Assembly: GCF_000009705.1 (NCBI RefSeq)
Contig: NC_003272.1
Location: 3,240,001-3,272,000 of the forward strand
DNA length: 32,000 bases
DNA from: Nostoc sp. PCC 7120 = FACHB-418
Lineage (GTDB): Bacteria; Cyanobacteriota; Cyanobacteriia; Cyanobacteriales; Nostocaceae
Direction: 5' to 3'
Below are positions 1-8,264 of the stretch, piece after piece; positions within the stretch are counted from its first letter, which is position 1; every line of letters begins with the position of its first letter. The position numbers and the translations under genes were made by a program. The notes under the pieces are model-generated. The model did no database searches, had not been told where the DNA came from, and worked only from the letters and a program-made list of their open reading frames with translations.

Positions 1-60
1 AAATTGGGGACTGGGTATTGGGTATGGAATTTTCTCCCCCTGCTCCCTGCCCCCTGCCGC
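1..60. repeat. Short dispersed repeat just downstream of the TBDT stop codon
   Basis: ATTGGGGACTGG (3-14) recurs at 4433-4444 in the same orientation. TTCTCCCCCTGCTCC (32-46) recurs as its reverse complement GGAGCAGGGGGAGAA at 4453-4467. GGGTATT/GGGTATG heptamer-like units lie at 13-26. Confidence 0.6.
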
Positions 61-66
61 CATGAA

Positions 67-2670
67 TTAAAATTCAAAGGAGACACTACCTGTCAAAGTA
101 AAGGGCGCACCTGGAATTACACGCACAATGTCCCGCGCACCTTCGTAGTAATTTTCATCGAATAGGTTTTGAATATTAATGGCGGCGCGGAATTTGTCAC
201 GGCGGTAAAAGATGGAAGCATCTGTACGCAAGTAGCTAGGTAATGTGAAGGTGTTGCGTAGGTCTCCTTGGCGTTCTCCTTGCGTGAAAACACCTAATCC
301 AAATCCTAACCCTTTGAGGCTTCCGGCTTGCAGTTCGTAGGTACTCCACAAACCAAAGGAGTTTCTGGGAACGTTTTGTAATTGTCTATCTTGAAATTCG
401 GGGCGACTATCTTCGGTGATTTTGCTATCTGTATAGGCGTAACTGGCTGTTAAGTTCCAACCAGGGAGAATTTCCCCGGCTACGTCTAATTCTATACCTT
501 GGCTGCGTTGCTTGCCGATTTGGATTTGGGAGAGGGGTTCGCTGAGTCCTTGGGCTGCAACGTTGGTACGTTCTAGATTATAAAATGCGAGAGTGGTGGA
601 GAGGCGATCGCCTAATAAATTTGCTTTTAAACCCACTTCATACTGAGTTCCTCTTTCTGGTTCAAAGGGTTCGCCAACTGTTGTTATTCCTGTGTTTGTG
701 TCTAAAACCCTGGTTCTACCAACAACGGGTGTAAAGGATCTACTGTAGCTGGCATACAAAGAAAGGTTTTCACTAGGTTTGTAAACAATACCGACACGGG
801 GACTAAAAACTGTGTCGTTACGTTCAAAGCTTTCTTCTTCTGAGAGTAAGTCTTCATAGTCTTGGTTAACAAAATCCAAACGTCCACCCAAAACTAAAAT
901 AATATTTTTGGATAGGGAAATTTGGTCTTGAGCATAAATCCCCAAAGAATTTTTCTCGGTATTAGTATTACCAAAAGGAATGGCAAATGATGACACACTC
1001 TCAGGACGATAGACGGGATTGAAAATATCAATGTCTCTGAGTTGTCTAAAATCTAGTCTATCTTCTGTTTCCTCTCTAGTAACTTCCACACCAAACAGTA
1101 AACTGTGTTCAATACTGCCTGTTTTGAACTTACCTAAGAGGCTATTATTAAACGTCAAACTGGTCGTACTAGATGGGTTTTCTACTAAAAAGCGTCGGAG
1201 TGTACGACCATCTCTATTTAGTCCATTTGATGTACTAGAGTTAGCGATAGGAAGCACTACGGTACTTTCTGGAACATCTAAAAAGGCTGTAGAAAATTCA
1301 CTTTTGATTGTCCAGTTATCATTGAGGCGATGGTCTAACTGATAGCCTAAACGGGTAACTAAAGACTCACTTTCAGATAATGATGGTTCACCTAAGTTAG
1401 TCTCTCGTGAAACTCTACCATTAGGGTTGGAAATAACTGTTCCTGACGCTGGTAAGTCTGGTGCTGTCTCAAAACTGCGGTATTTCAGATATTCTATGCT
1501 TGCTGTTAAATTTGTATTTTCGTTACCTATTAATCTAACAACAGGCGCAATAAAAAAGGATTCACTATTCTCGAAATCTTTAAAGCTTTCAGCAGTTTGA
1601 TAAGCCGCATTCAAACGATAAGCAACACCATCTTTATCTAAGGGGCCAGAAAAGTCGATGGTGGGACGATGTAAACCAAATTGTCCTACTTGATAGCCAA
1701 TAGAGTAGTAAGGTGTATTTAGAGGTTGTTTAGTAACTAGGTTGACGACCCCACCTAAATCACCTTGTCCAAAGAGGACGGAAGCTGGGCCTTTGAGGAC
1801 TTCTACGCGTTCAACGTTAGCAATTTCACTTTGAAACCGTAAGCTATCATCCCTTAAACCGTTGCGTAATAAGTTACGAGATTCAAAGCCCCGAATTACT
1901 GGAGTTAGTGCTGGTGCTTGGGAAGATGTCCGACCGCTACTAGCACTACTAGTATTTTTTAAGACTTCGCCAAGGCTGCGAGTTCCTTGGTCTTTAATAA
2001 CTTCTTGGGGTATGACTTGAATAGCTTGGGGTACGTCAATTAGGGGAGTATCTGTGCGCGTTCCCACAGAAGAATTAGGAACTTGATACGTTGGACGGAA
2101 TTGATCCCCGACAACTGTTAGTTCGATGGGTTCGTCTGGTTCTTCTGGGGGTGGGGTTTCGGCTGTGGGTGTTTCTGGAGTTGTGGGTGTTTCTGGGGTT
2201 GGGGTTTCTGCGGTAGGTGTTTCTGGGGTTGGGGTTTGTGTAGTTGGTGGAGTTTGACTGGTAGTAACAAAAGGAAGACTAACAATAAATTCTTGTCCGT
2301 CCTGACGTAGATTAAATTGCGGGACTGCATTAACACCGGTGATTTCAATTTCAATAGTGTTAGGGTCAGACTGTCCCACAAAAATCTCAGCAATACCAGG
2401 GATGGGATTATTGGTAGTGATGGGGGGTTTTCCTTCTACCAATTGCAGTTGAGCATTATTGACGGTGATAATTAGGGTTTTGTCTTCGGTGCTAGTTTGA
2501 GTAGTTAGGGTTACTCCTGGCGAAGTTTTTAAAACGACCTCTAAACCTTGATCTGTATCATAGAGTTCTACTGCCGTTACCGGAACAGGAGCAGCCCAAA
2601 CTGGTTGGGAGACGAGAACAGTGATTACACTAGCAACACCAATGGCGGGTTGCCAATAATTCCATGTCAT
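67..2670 (-). CDS. TonB-dependent (siderophore-type) outer-membrane receptor with an N-terminal AMIN-like domain and a Pro/Thr/Glu-rich linker
   Basis: 867-aa ORF. Signal peptide ends VSQPVWA/AP. The following ~130 aa are beta-rich and AMIN-like (VTAVELYDTDQGLEVVLKT...IEIEITG). The linker is TPETPTAETPTPETPTTPETPTAETPPPEEPDEP. A TonB-box-like IELTVVG is followed by a plug (RTDTPLIDVPQAIQVIPQEVIKDQG, VEVLKGPASVLFGQGDLGGVVNLVTK). A long beta-barrel ends in the aromatic terminus SVSFEF. Confidence 0.9.
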   Translation of the reverse strand: MTWNYWQPAIGVASVITVLVSQPVWAAPVPVTAVELYDTDQGLEVVLKTSPGVTLTTQTSTEDKTLIITVNNAQLQLVEGKPPITTNNPIPGIAEIFVGQSDPNTIEIEITGVNAVPQFNLRQDGQEFIVSLPFVTTSQTPPTTQTPTPETPTAETPTPETPTTPETPTAETPPPEEPDEPIELTVVGDQFRPTYQVPNSSVGTRTDTPLIDVPQAIQVIPQEVIKDQGTRSLGEVLKNTSSASSGRTSSQAPALTPVIRGFESRNLLRNGLRDDSLRFQSEIANVERVEVLKGPASVLFGQGDLGGVVNLVTKQPLNTPYYSIGYQVGQFGLHRPTIDFSGPLDKDGVAYRLNAAYQTAESFKDFENSESFFIAPVVRLIGNENTNLTASIEYLKYRSFETAPDLPASGTVISNPNGRVSRETNLGEPSLSESESLVTRLGYQLDHRLNDNWTIKSEFSTAFLDVPESTVVLPIANSSTSNGLNRDGRTLRRFLVENPSSTTSLTFNNSLLGKFKTGSIEHSLLFGVEVTREETEDRLDFRQLRDIDIFNPVYRPESVSSFAIPFGNTNTEKNSLGIYAQDQISLSKNIILVLGGRLDFVNQDYEDLLSEEESFERNDTVFSPRVGIVYKPSENLSLYASYSRSFTPVVGRTRVLDTNTGITTVGEPFEPERGTQYEVGLKANLLGDRLSTTLAFYNLERTNVAAQGLSEPLSQIQIGKQRSQGIELDVAGEILPGWNLTASYAYTDSKITEDSRPEFQDRQLQNVPRNSFGLWSTYELQAGSLKGLGFGLGVFTQGERQGDLRNTFTLPSYLRTDASIFYRRDKFRAAINIQNLFDENYYEGARDIVRVIPGAPFTLTGSVSFEF
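2140..2250 (-). repeat. Imperfect ~30-nt tandem repeat encoding the PT-rich linker of the TBDT
   Basis: GGTGTTTCTGGGGTTGGGGTTT occurs at about 2187-2207 and 2217-2237, with a partial copy at 2167-2180. Translated on the minus strand it gives repeated TPETPTAE units. Confidence 0.8.
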
Positions 2671-2838
2671 AAATACCGATTGTCCTAATTTACTGATGTA
2701 GACGCTTACAGATCAAGCGAAGAATGTCGTAATGTGTGGAAAGGGAAATTTTTATGCTCAGTTATTTAACTGGAATAGAATACTATCATTTTTTCTATAA
2801 TCTTCATCCGACTTTTCAATACTTCTACAGATTTGTTT

Positions 2839-2887
2839 GTAGCGAGGACTTTAGTCCTCTCATTCTAAGGACTAAAGTCCTTACTAC
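2839..2887. repeat. ~49-nt imperfect palindrome immediately 3' of the hlyD-like stop codon; candidate hairpin, terminator or dispersed repeat
   Basis: AGGACTTTAGTCCT (2845-2858) and its complement AGGACTAAAGTCCT (2868-2881). Each is self-complementary, and both are flanked by GTAG (2839-2842) and CTAC (2884-2887). No clear T-tract follows on the minus strand. Confidence 0.55.
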
Positions 2888-2897
2888 GAACTGAGTA

Positions 2898-4421
2898 TTA
2901 ACGAACGAATTTCAGGCTTTCTCCGGTTTTATTGAAGAAATCAGTAAAGATGCTCATGACAGTACGTTCTCTAATTTTGATGTTGGCGTTTAATGACATT
3001 CCCGACTGTAGGGCAATTTTACGTTGCTGGCTGAGAAGATATTGTTGGTCAAGGGTGACTGTGGCTGGGAAGGTGTAGTATGGCTGAAGTTGGGTTGGTG
3101 GTAGGGCATCAGAACCAATCCAGGTTAAAGTACCTTTGATATCGCCAAATTCGCTGTAGGGGAAGGAATCTATGCGGACATCAACGCGCATTCCTTCTCT
3201 AATAAAGCCGATGTCTTGGTTGGTGATGGAAACTTTTGCTACTAAGTTAGTTTGGGGTACGATTTTCAGCACTGGTTCGGTGGATTTAGCCACAAAGCCG
3301 GGGGCGTGGGCTTTGAGGTCAAAGACTACACCATCAACAGGCGATCGCACTACACTATACTTTAATGCCTGATTGGTTTGACTGAGTTGGCTGTCAAGTT
3401 CGGCGATGCGTTTTTTGTTATCGACAATGGCTTTGCTTAATTGGCTGTCAATCTCAGCTATTCTCTGGCTATTATTGCCAATACGGGCGGTTAAATCTCT
3501 TCTATCAATGTCTTTGGTGTTTTGGACTTTGGCTTGGGCTTGGGCTATAGCCGCTTGCAAGCGTATCTTTTCTTCTTGCAATTGTGCAATTTCTGCACGA
3601 ATGGATTCTACTTCCTGCTGCTGGTTGAGGTATTGAATGCGGGAAATTCCCCCTTCTAACGCCAATTCGGAGATATCTGTGAGAATTTGCTCATTAACTT
3701 TCAATTTTTCTTGGTTGGATTTAAGTTTAATGTCTGCTTGGCTGTATTGCTTTTGTAATTGGTCAATTTCTAACTGAGCAGATGTAACTCGTGATGTTAA
3801 CTCTTCTAATTCAGATTTTACCCGTTGTCGCTGTTCGGCACTCAAGGACATTTCCCCAGCATTGCCATCAAGTTGAGCTTGAAACAGACGATTTTCGGCA
3901 AGTAATACCGCCCGGCTTCTGGTTAAGCTGACAAATTGCGCCGGAATGGAGACTGTAGGTGAGGTGTCCTCTTTACCACTTAGTTGTGCTTGGTAAAATT
4001 GATTTTCTTGTTCTAAAACTGTGCGAACTTTTTGGAAGGAATTTTCCTGCGCTTGGGAAACGGTGGGATCAAGACTTACAAGTAAATCCCCGGCTTTAAC
4101 ACGGTGTCCATCTTTGACGTGAATGGTTTTGACGACACCCTCGATAGGGATTTGCACCTCGTTGACATTATCTTGAGGTTCGAGTTTTCCTTGGGCTGGA
4201 ACTGCTTGTTCGATTTTGGAGACACTAGCCCAAGCTACTGCTGCAATTGAGACAAACATCAATGTCCATAATATCCCCCGTGACCACCCAGAGGATTGTT
4301 TGAGCATCAGGGGATGTTCAAAGGAGGATGCAGCAGGATTTGATGTTTTAGGTGGTGTGGGAGTAATATTCGTTTCCTGTGTTATCGTTGTCAGGCGACC
4401 GTTACCGTTGTTGGAACTCAT
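2898..4421 (-). CDS. HlyD-family type I secretion membrane-fusion (periplasmic adaptor) protein
   Basis: 507-aa ORF. One N-terminal TM segment (GILWTLMFVSIAAVAWASV). Lipoyl/beta-hairpin motifs (GVVKTIHVKDGHRVKAGDLLVSLD ... SPVDGVVFDL). A long Gln/Glu/Leu-rich coiled coil in the middle. It lies directly downstream of an ABC exporter gene. Confidence 0.9.
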   Translation of the reverse strand: MSSNNGNGRLTTITQETNITPTPPKTSNPAASSFEHPLMLKQSSGWSRGILWTLMFVSIAAVAWASVSKIEQAVPAQGKLEPQDNVNEVQIPIEGVVKTIHVKDGHRVKAGDLLVSLDPTVSQAQENSFQKVRTVLEQENQFYQAQLSGKEDTSPTVSIPAQFVSLTRSRAVLLAENRLFQAQLDGNAGEMSLSAEQRQRVKSELEELTSRVTSAQLEIDQLQKQYSQADIKLKSNQEKLKVNEQILTDISELALEGGISRIQYLNQQQEVESIRAEIAQLQEEKIRLQAAIAQAQAKVQNTKDIDRRDLTARIGNNSQRIAEIDSQLSKAIVDNKKRIAELDSQLSQTNQALKYSVVRSPVDGVVFDLKAHAPGFVAKSTEPVLKIVPQTNLVAKVSITNQDIGFIREGMRVDVRIDSFPYSEFGDIKGTLTWIGSDALPPTQLQPYYTFPATVTLDQQYLLSQQRKIALQSGMSLNANIKIRERTVMSIFTDFFNKTGESLKFVR

Positions 4422-4430
4422 AGTATTTAG

Positions 4431-4522
4431 GGATTGGGGACTGGAAATTGGGGGAGCAGGGGGAGAAGGGAGTGAGGGAAGAAATTCTGACTCATTACTC
4501 CTTACTCATTACTCATTACTCA
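4431..4522. repeat. Intergenic repeat block: G-run dispersed repeat plus an STRR-like heptamer tandem array
   Basis: Positions 4433-4467 share two blocks with 3-46 (see the first feature). Heptamer units are CTCATTA (4491), CTCCTTA (4498), CTCATTA (4505), CTCATTA (4512), and a partial CTCA (4519-4522). The ABC gene stop codon (TCA at 4520-4522 on the plus strand) sits inside the last unit. Confidence 0.75.
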
Positions 4523-7489
4523 CACCACTACGGCTTCTTGCTGGCGGTATAAACAGTAATACAGCCCTCTGAGAGCCATTAATTCGTCGTGTGTGCCTTG
4601 CTCGGCAATGCGGCCTTGTTCCATCATTAAGATAATGTCAGCATGGCGAATAGTACCTAAACGATGAGTTATGAAGAAGACTGTTCGCCCTTCTAGTGCT
4701 TGTTGCAGGTTTTGACAGACTTGGCGTTCGCTGTTGTAATCTAAGGCACTTGTGGCTTCATCCATAATTAGGAGACGGGGGTTTTGCAGGACGGTACGAG
4801 CGATCGCAATTCTTTGTCTTTGTCCCCCAGAAAGTGCTGATCCTCTTTCCCCAACACGGGTGTTATATCCCATCGGTAGGCTCATGATGAACTCATGGGC
4901 GTAGGCAATTTTGGCAGCGTTGATGATTTCTTCTGGTGTGGCTTCGGGGTTATTGAGAGCAATATTTTCTTGAACTGTGGTATCAAATAACAGGGTATCT
5001 TGTAATACCATGCCGATTTGTCGCCGTAGGGAATACAGTTCAACTTTGTGGATGTCGTAACCGTCGATGAGGATGCGTCCAACTTCGGGATCATAGAGAC
5101 GTGTTAAGAGTTTGGTGAGGGTGCTTTTACCTGCGCCACTTTGTCCGACTACACCGACGAATTTACCAGGGGGAATATCTAAACTAATGTTGTCTAGTTG
5201 GGGGGTGGGGCTATTGGTGAAGCGGAAGGTGATATGGTCGTATTTAACTGCTCCTTGAATATCTGGTAAGGGGATATCTTGACGCACTGCTTCTTCTTGG
5301 GGTGTGTCTAAAATATCACTCAATCTTTCCAGGGATAAGGCTGTTTCTTGGAAGTTTTGCCACAGTTGCACTAGACGCAGTAGGGGGCTTGTGGTGTAAC
5401 CAGCGATGATGCGGAAGGCGATTAATTGACCGAGGGTGAGTGTTCCTTGTAATACTAAGAATGCGCCGACCCAGAGGAGTAATAACCCTGAGAGTTGGTT
5501 CAGAAATTTACTGATAGAACCTGCTGTGGTGGAGGTGAGGGCATTTTTGAAACTATCAGCCACATAACGAGCATAACGGTCTTGCCATTGCCAACGCGAT
5601 CGCAATTCAATATTTTGGGCTTTGACGGTTTGAATACCGGAAACGACTTCGACTAAATAAGATTGAGTTTGGGCGTTGCGTTCGGCGCGGGTGCGGGTTT
5701 GTTGGCGGATGACGGGGGCGACAATTACACCTAACAGGGCAAATAGGGGGACTGTAGCTAAGGCAACTAAGGTTAATAGCCAACTGTAGTACAGCATGAC
5801 GACGATGTAAATAACGGAAAATATCGCGTCTAGGACTACTGTTAAGGCTGTACCTGTCAGGAATTGGCGGATGTTCTCTAGTTCGTTAATGCGGGTTGAG
5901 AGTTCGCCTACAGGACGCTTTTCAAAGTAACCCAGGGGTAGCCGTAACAGGTGGTTAATGACTTCTGACCCCAAGGCCATGTCTATGCGGTTGGTGGTTT
6001 CTACGAATAAATTTGTCCGTAGGGTGGTGAGGACGGCTTCAAATAGGGCTGTAGCAACTAACAATGTCCCCAACACATTCAAGGTGGCGGGGGAGTTTTG
6101 AATTAGGACTTTATCGATAATTACCTGGGTAATTAGGGGATTCGCCAAGCCGAACAACTGGACAAAGAAGGAGGAAATTAATACCTCACTCAAGACGCGG
6201 CGATACTGGGAAACGAAGGGTAAAAACCAACTTAAGCCGAAGCGTTTACGGGGGGTTTCCTTGGTTGGTTGGAGGAGGAGAATCTCGCCTTGTTCTCCCC
6301 AAGTTTCAATGAAGGCTTTGGGTTTGTGGCGTTGTATTCCCTTTCCTGGGACACCTAACACCAGTTCGCTATCGGTAGCTTTGTAGAGGATAGCAAAGCG
6401 GTTTTGCCATTGCAGCATGACTGGGGTTTGCAAGCGACTGATAGCAATGGCAGGAACTACGGCTAATTGCGCCCGTAAACCCAACATTTCGGCTAAAGAA
6501 CCGCATAATTGTAAGGAAACACTACCTAATCTTTGTTGTTGATTCTGCAATACCCGGCGGATGACATCACGACGGAAAGGCATATTCCAATACTGGCTCA
6601 ACATCTGGAAGCAAGCCAGGGTTTCATTTAATACCCCTTTTCCACTCACATAAGGATATTTACCCTGTCTATCTTTGGACTCTAGGGCCGGGGGTTGTTC
6701 TGAGGCGTAGGGGATATCGTCTGTGATTGTTTCCGGTTCTATTTCTGTGGGTGTGGGTTGAAAAGATACCGGGGGAATGCCGATTAACCTCGCTATACCA
6801 CTTTCTACCTTGAGATTTTGCTTGTCTGGATATGGCTCTAAGCGATCGCCTATGGCAAAGTTAGTATTACCACTACTTAACAACCAAAGCCGGTGGGGAT
6901 CTAGTTGGCTGAGGGGTGTTTTCCCCTTGGAGAGATTCAAAACGACCGTTTGAGGGAGCATTTGCTGGACTAAATCTGTCAGTTCAACTTCCCCCAAGGC
7001 GCGGCGTTGCACTTCTAAACTCAGTAGGTCAAATAACTCTGAGGTAGCACAGTGTTTAGTTAGAGCATCATTAAAGGCTTTTTCTTTTTTTAATAAGGTC
7101 TGAAAAATAACAGATGGGATAGTTAAAAATACTGCTTCTGTGGAGGCGATCGCAGTTTCACAACCCACACCCCTAAGCAAACTTACCCAACCCAGAATCG
7201 CCCCTGGTTGGAGTAATTCGATAGTATCGGGAATAGCAGAATTGTAGCTGTAACCAATTAGCCGGGCTTGTCCTTCGTAGAGAATTGCTACATGAGCCGG
7301 CATTGTTTCTTTGACAACTATTGTTTGTCCCATACGGTAGCGCAATAGTTGTGCTTTCTGTGTCAATTGCTCAATAGCGGCGGTAGATAGAAGATTGAAA
7401 GGCGGCGTTGTTGTGAGGAAATCGGATATTGAGGGTATGGAAGTAGTCATATCGTGTCCGAAAAAAGACTTATTAAGTGAGACTTTCAT
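4520..7489 (-). CDS. ABC exporter (HlyB/T1SS type) with an N-terminal cyclic-nucleotide-binding-like domain and a C39-like domain that appears to be non-catalytic
   Basis: 989-aa ORF. CAP/cNMP-like region at aa ~35-150 (RYRMGQTIVVKE, ILYEGQARLIGY, LQPGAILGW). C39-like region at aa ~285-410 (VLNETLACFQMLSQYWNMPF ... WQNRFAILY). Six-TM exporter domain. NBD with Walker A GQSGAGKST, signature LSGGQRQRIAIAR, Walker B LLIMDEATSALD and H-loop ITHRL. Confidence 0.9.
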   Translation of the reverse strand: MKVSLNKSFFGHDMTTSIPSISDFLTTTPPFNLLSTAAIEQLTQKAQLLRYRMGQTIVVKETMPAHVAILYEGQARLIGYSYNSAIPDTIELLQPGAILGWVSLLRGVGCETAIASTEAVFLTIPSVIFQTLLKKEKAFNDALTKHCATSELFDLLSLEVQRRALGEVELTDLVQQMLPQTVVLNLSKGKTPLSQLDPHRLWLLSSGNTNFAIGDRLEPYPDKQNLKVESGIARLIGIPPVSFQPTPTEIEPETITDDIPYASEQPPALESKDRQGKYPYVSGKGVLNETLACFQMLSQYWNMPFRRDVIRRVLQNQQQRLGSVSLQLCGSLAEMLGLRAQLAVVPAIAISRLQTPVMLQWQNRFAILYKATDSELVLGVPGKGIQRHKPKAFIETWGEQGEILLLQPTKETPRKRFGLSWFLPFVSQYRRVLSEVLISSFFVQLFGLANPLITQVIIDKVLIQNSPATLNVLGTLLVATALFEAVLTTLRTNLFVETTNRIDMALGSEVINHLLRLPLGYFEKRPVGELSTRINELENIRQFLTGTALTVVLDAIFSVIYIVVMLYYSWLLTLVALATVPLFALLGVIVAPVIRQQTRTRAERNAQTQSYLVEVVSGIQTVKAQNIELRSRWQWQDRYARYVADSFKNALTSTTAGSISKFLNQLSGLLLLWVGAFLVLQGTLTLGQLIAFRIIAGYTTSPLLRLVQLWQNFQETALSLERLSDILDTPQEEAVRQDIPLPDIQGAVKYDHITFRFTNSPTPQLDNISLDIPPGKFVGVVGQSGAGKSTLTKLLTRLYDPEVGRILIDGYDIHKVELYSLRRQIGMVLQDTLLFDTTVQENIALNNPEATPEEIINAAKIAYAHEFIMSLPMGYNTRVGERGSALSGGQRQRIAIARTVLQNPRLLIMDEATSALDYNSERQVCQNLQQALEGRTVFFITHRLGTIRHADIILMMEQGRIAEQGTHDELMALRGLYYCLYRQQEAVVV

Positions 7490-7497
7490 CTCTCAAA

Positions 7498-7606
7498 CTC
7501 TCTGCGTCTCTGCGCCTCTGCGTGAAATAAAATCTTTTCAAACGCATTCGCTGATAAGCGTTCCCGCAGGGTAGTATCGCGGAGGTTCACGCGGAGGTAC
7601 ACAGAG
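7498..7606. mobile_element. MITE-like small dispersed repeat (~109 bp) with inverted ends, filling the intergenic gap and overlapping the 3' end of the upstream CDS
   Basis: Left arm CTCTGCGTCTCTGCGCCTCTGCGTGA (7498-7525). Right arm TCGCGGAGGTTCACGCGGAGGTACACAGAG (7578-7606); its reverse complement CTCTGTGTACCTCCGCGTGAA matches the left arm. Related copies lie at 10367, 12311, 15484, 17587 and 19829. Confidence 0.7.
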
Positions 7607-8264
7607 TTTTATTTAAAGTTGCTTGTAATGATTCTTGTAACCATTCCTGGAAGAGTTTATTCAGGAGTTTTTTCCGCGTAGAGTCATCTAATTTGGCGTG
7701 AACCATCTGTTCTAACCGCACAATAACTATCCATTCCCCTAGACGCGTGGGGGGTAATAGTTGTCCTGGTTGACTGGCGCGGAGTTTGGCTACTAACTGG
7801 GGATGGGGTTGGGTAAGGGGTGTGGGGCCGATTAATCCGCCTGTCTGTGCTTCCGGCCCTTGGGAGTATTGACGGGCAATTTCCGCAAAACTTTGCTCTT
7901 TGGCTTTAATCCGAAAGTATAATTCTTGAGCTAGTGCCATATCACGGGTTCGTAGCAGAGAATAAGTTACCTGGTCTAGTTGGGCTTTTTGGGTGAGGAA
8001 ATAAGACTCTACTTTATGTCCCCAAGTCGCTTGTTTAAATTTCTCTAACCGTAATTTTCTAGTTGCTAGTGCTGTTGTCTGTTGAGGATCTTCCTGTTTT
8101 GCCTGCTCTATTTCTTCTGGAGTACATTCTATAGAGGCTATGGCTTGGTCAATTAACAACTCACGATATAGTTGAGGTAGCATCTGATAACCTGCCAACA
8201 GAGATATTAACTCTGATGCAGTGATGGTTTGCTGACACAATCTTTCTAGATAAGAATCATTCAT
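7587..8264 (-). CDS. PpiC/parvulin-type peptidyl-prolyl isomerase-like (SurA-like) protein
   Basis: 225-aa ORF. Parvulin-like core FAEIARQYSQGPEAQTGGLIGP...GQLLPPTRLGEWIVIVRLEQ follows a helical N-terminal half. It is the first gene of the minus-strand exporter gene string. The last residues, LCTSA, and the stop codon are encoded by the repeat at 7578-7606. Confidence 0.7.
   Translation of the reverse strand: MNDSYLERLCQQTITASELISLLAGYQMLPQLYRELLIDQAIASIECTPEEIEQAKQEDPQQTTALATRKLRLEKFKQATWGHKVESYFLTQKAQLDQVTYSLLRTRDMALAQELYFRIKAKEQSFAEIARQYSQGPEAQTGGLIGPTPLTQPHPQLVAKLRASQPGQLLPPTRLGEWIVIVRLEQMVHAKLDDSTRKKLLNKLFQEWLQESLQATLNKTLCTSA

Noticed and set aside
702-2393. Nested or antisense ORFs inside the TBDT gene (702-887, 1019-1342, 2118-2393), including a KPQPQKH-repeat peptide.
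   Set aside because: They lie wholly within a well-supported 867-aa CDS. The 2118-2393 ORF is an alternative-frame reading of the PT-linker tandem repeat. None has recognisable motifs.
2774-2790. AT-rich sequence AATAGAATACTATCATT upstream of the TBDT gene, considered as a Fur box.
   Set aside because: It matches the GATAATGATAATCATTATC consensus only weakly and lacks clear dyad symmetry. It cannot be distinguished from generic AT-rich promoter DNA by eye.
3172-4572. Short plus-strand ORFs overlapping the hlyD gene and the intergenic repeat (3172-3372, 3406-3636, 4216-4572).
   Set aside because: They are antisense to a strongly supported CDS or run through low-complexity repeat sequence. 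None has domain-like sequence.
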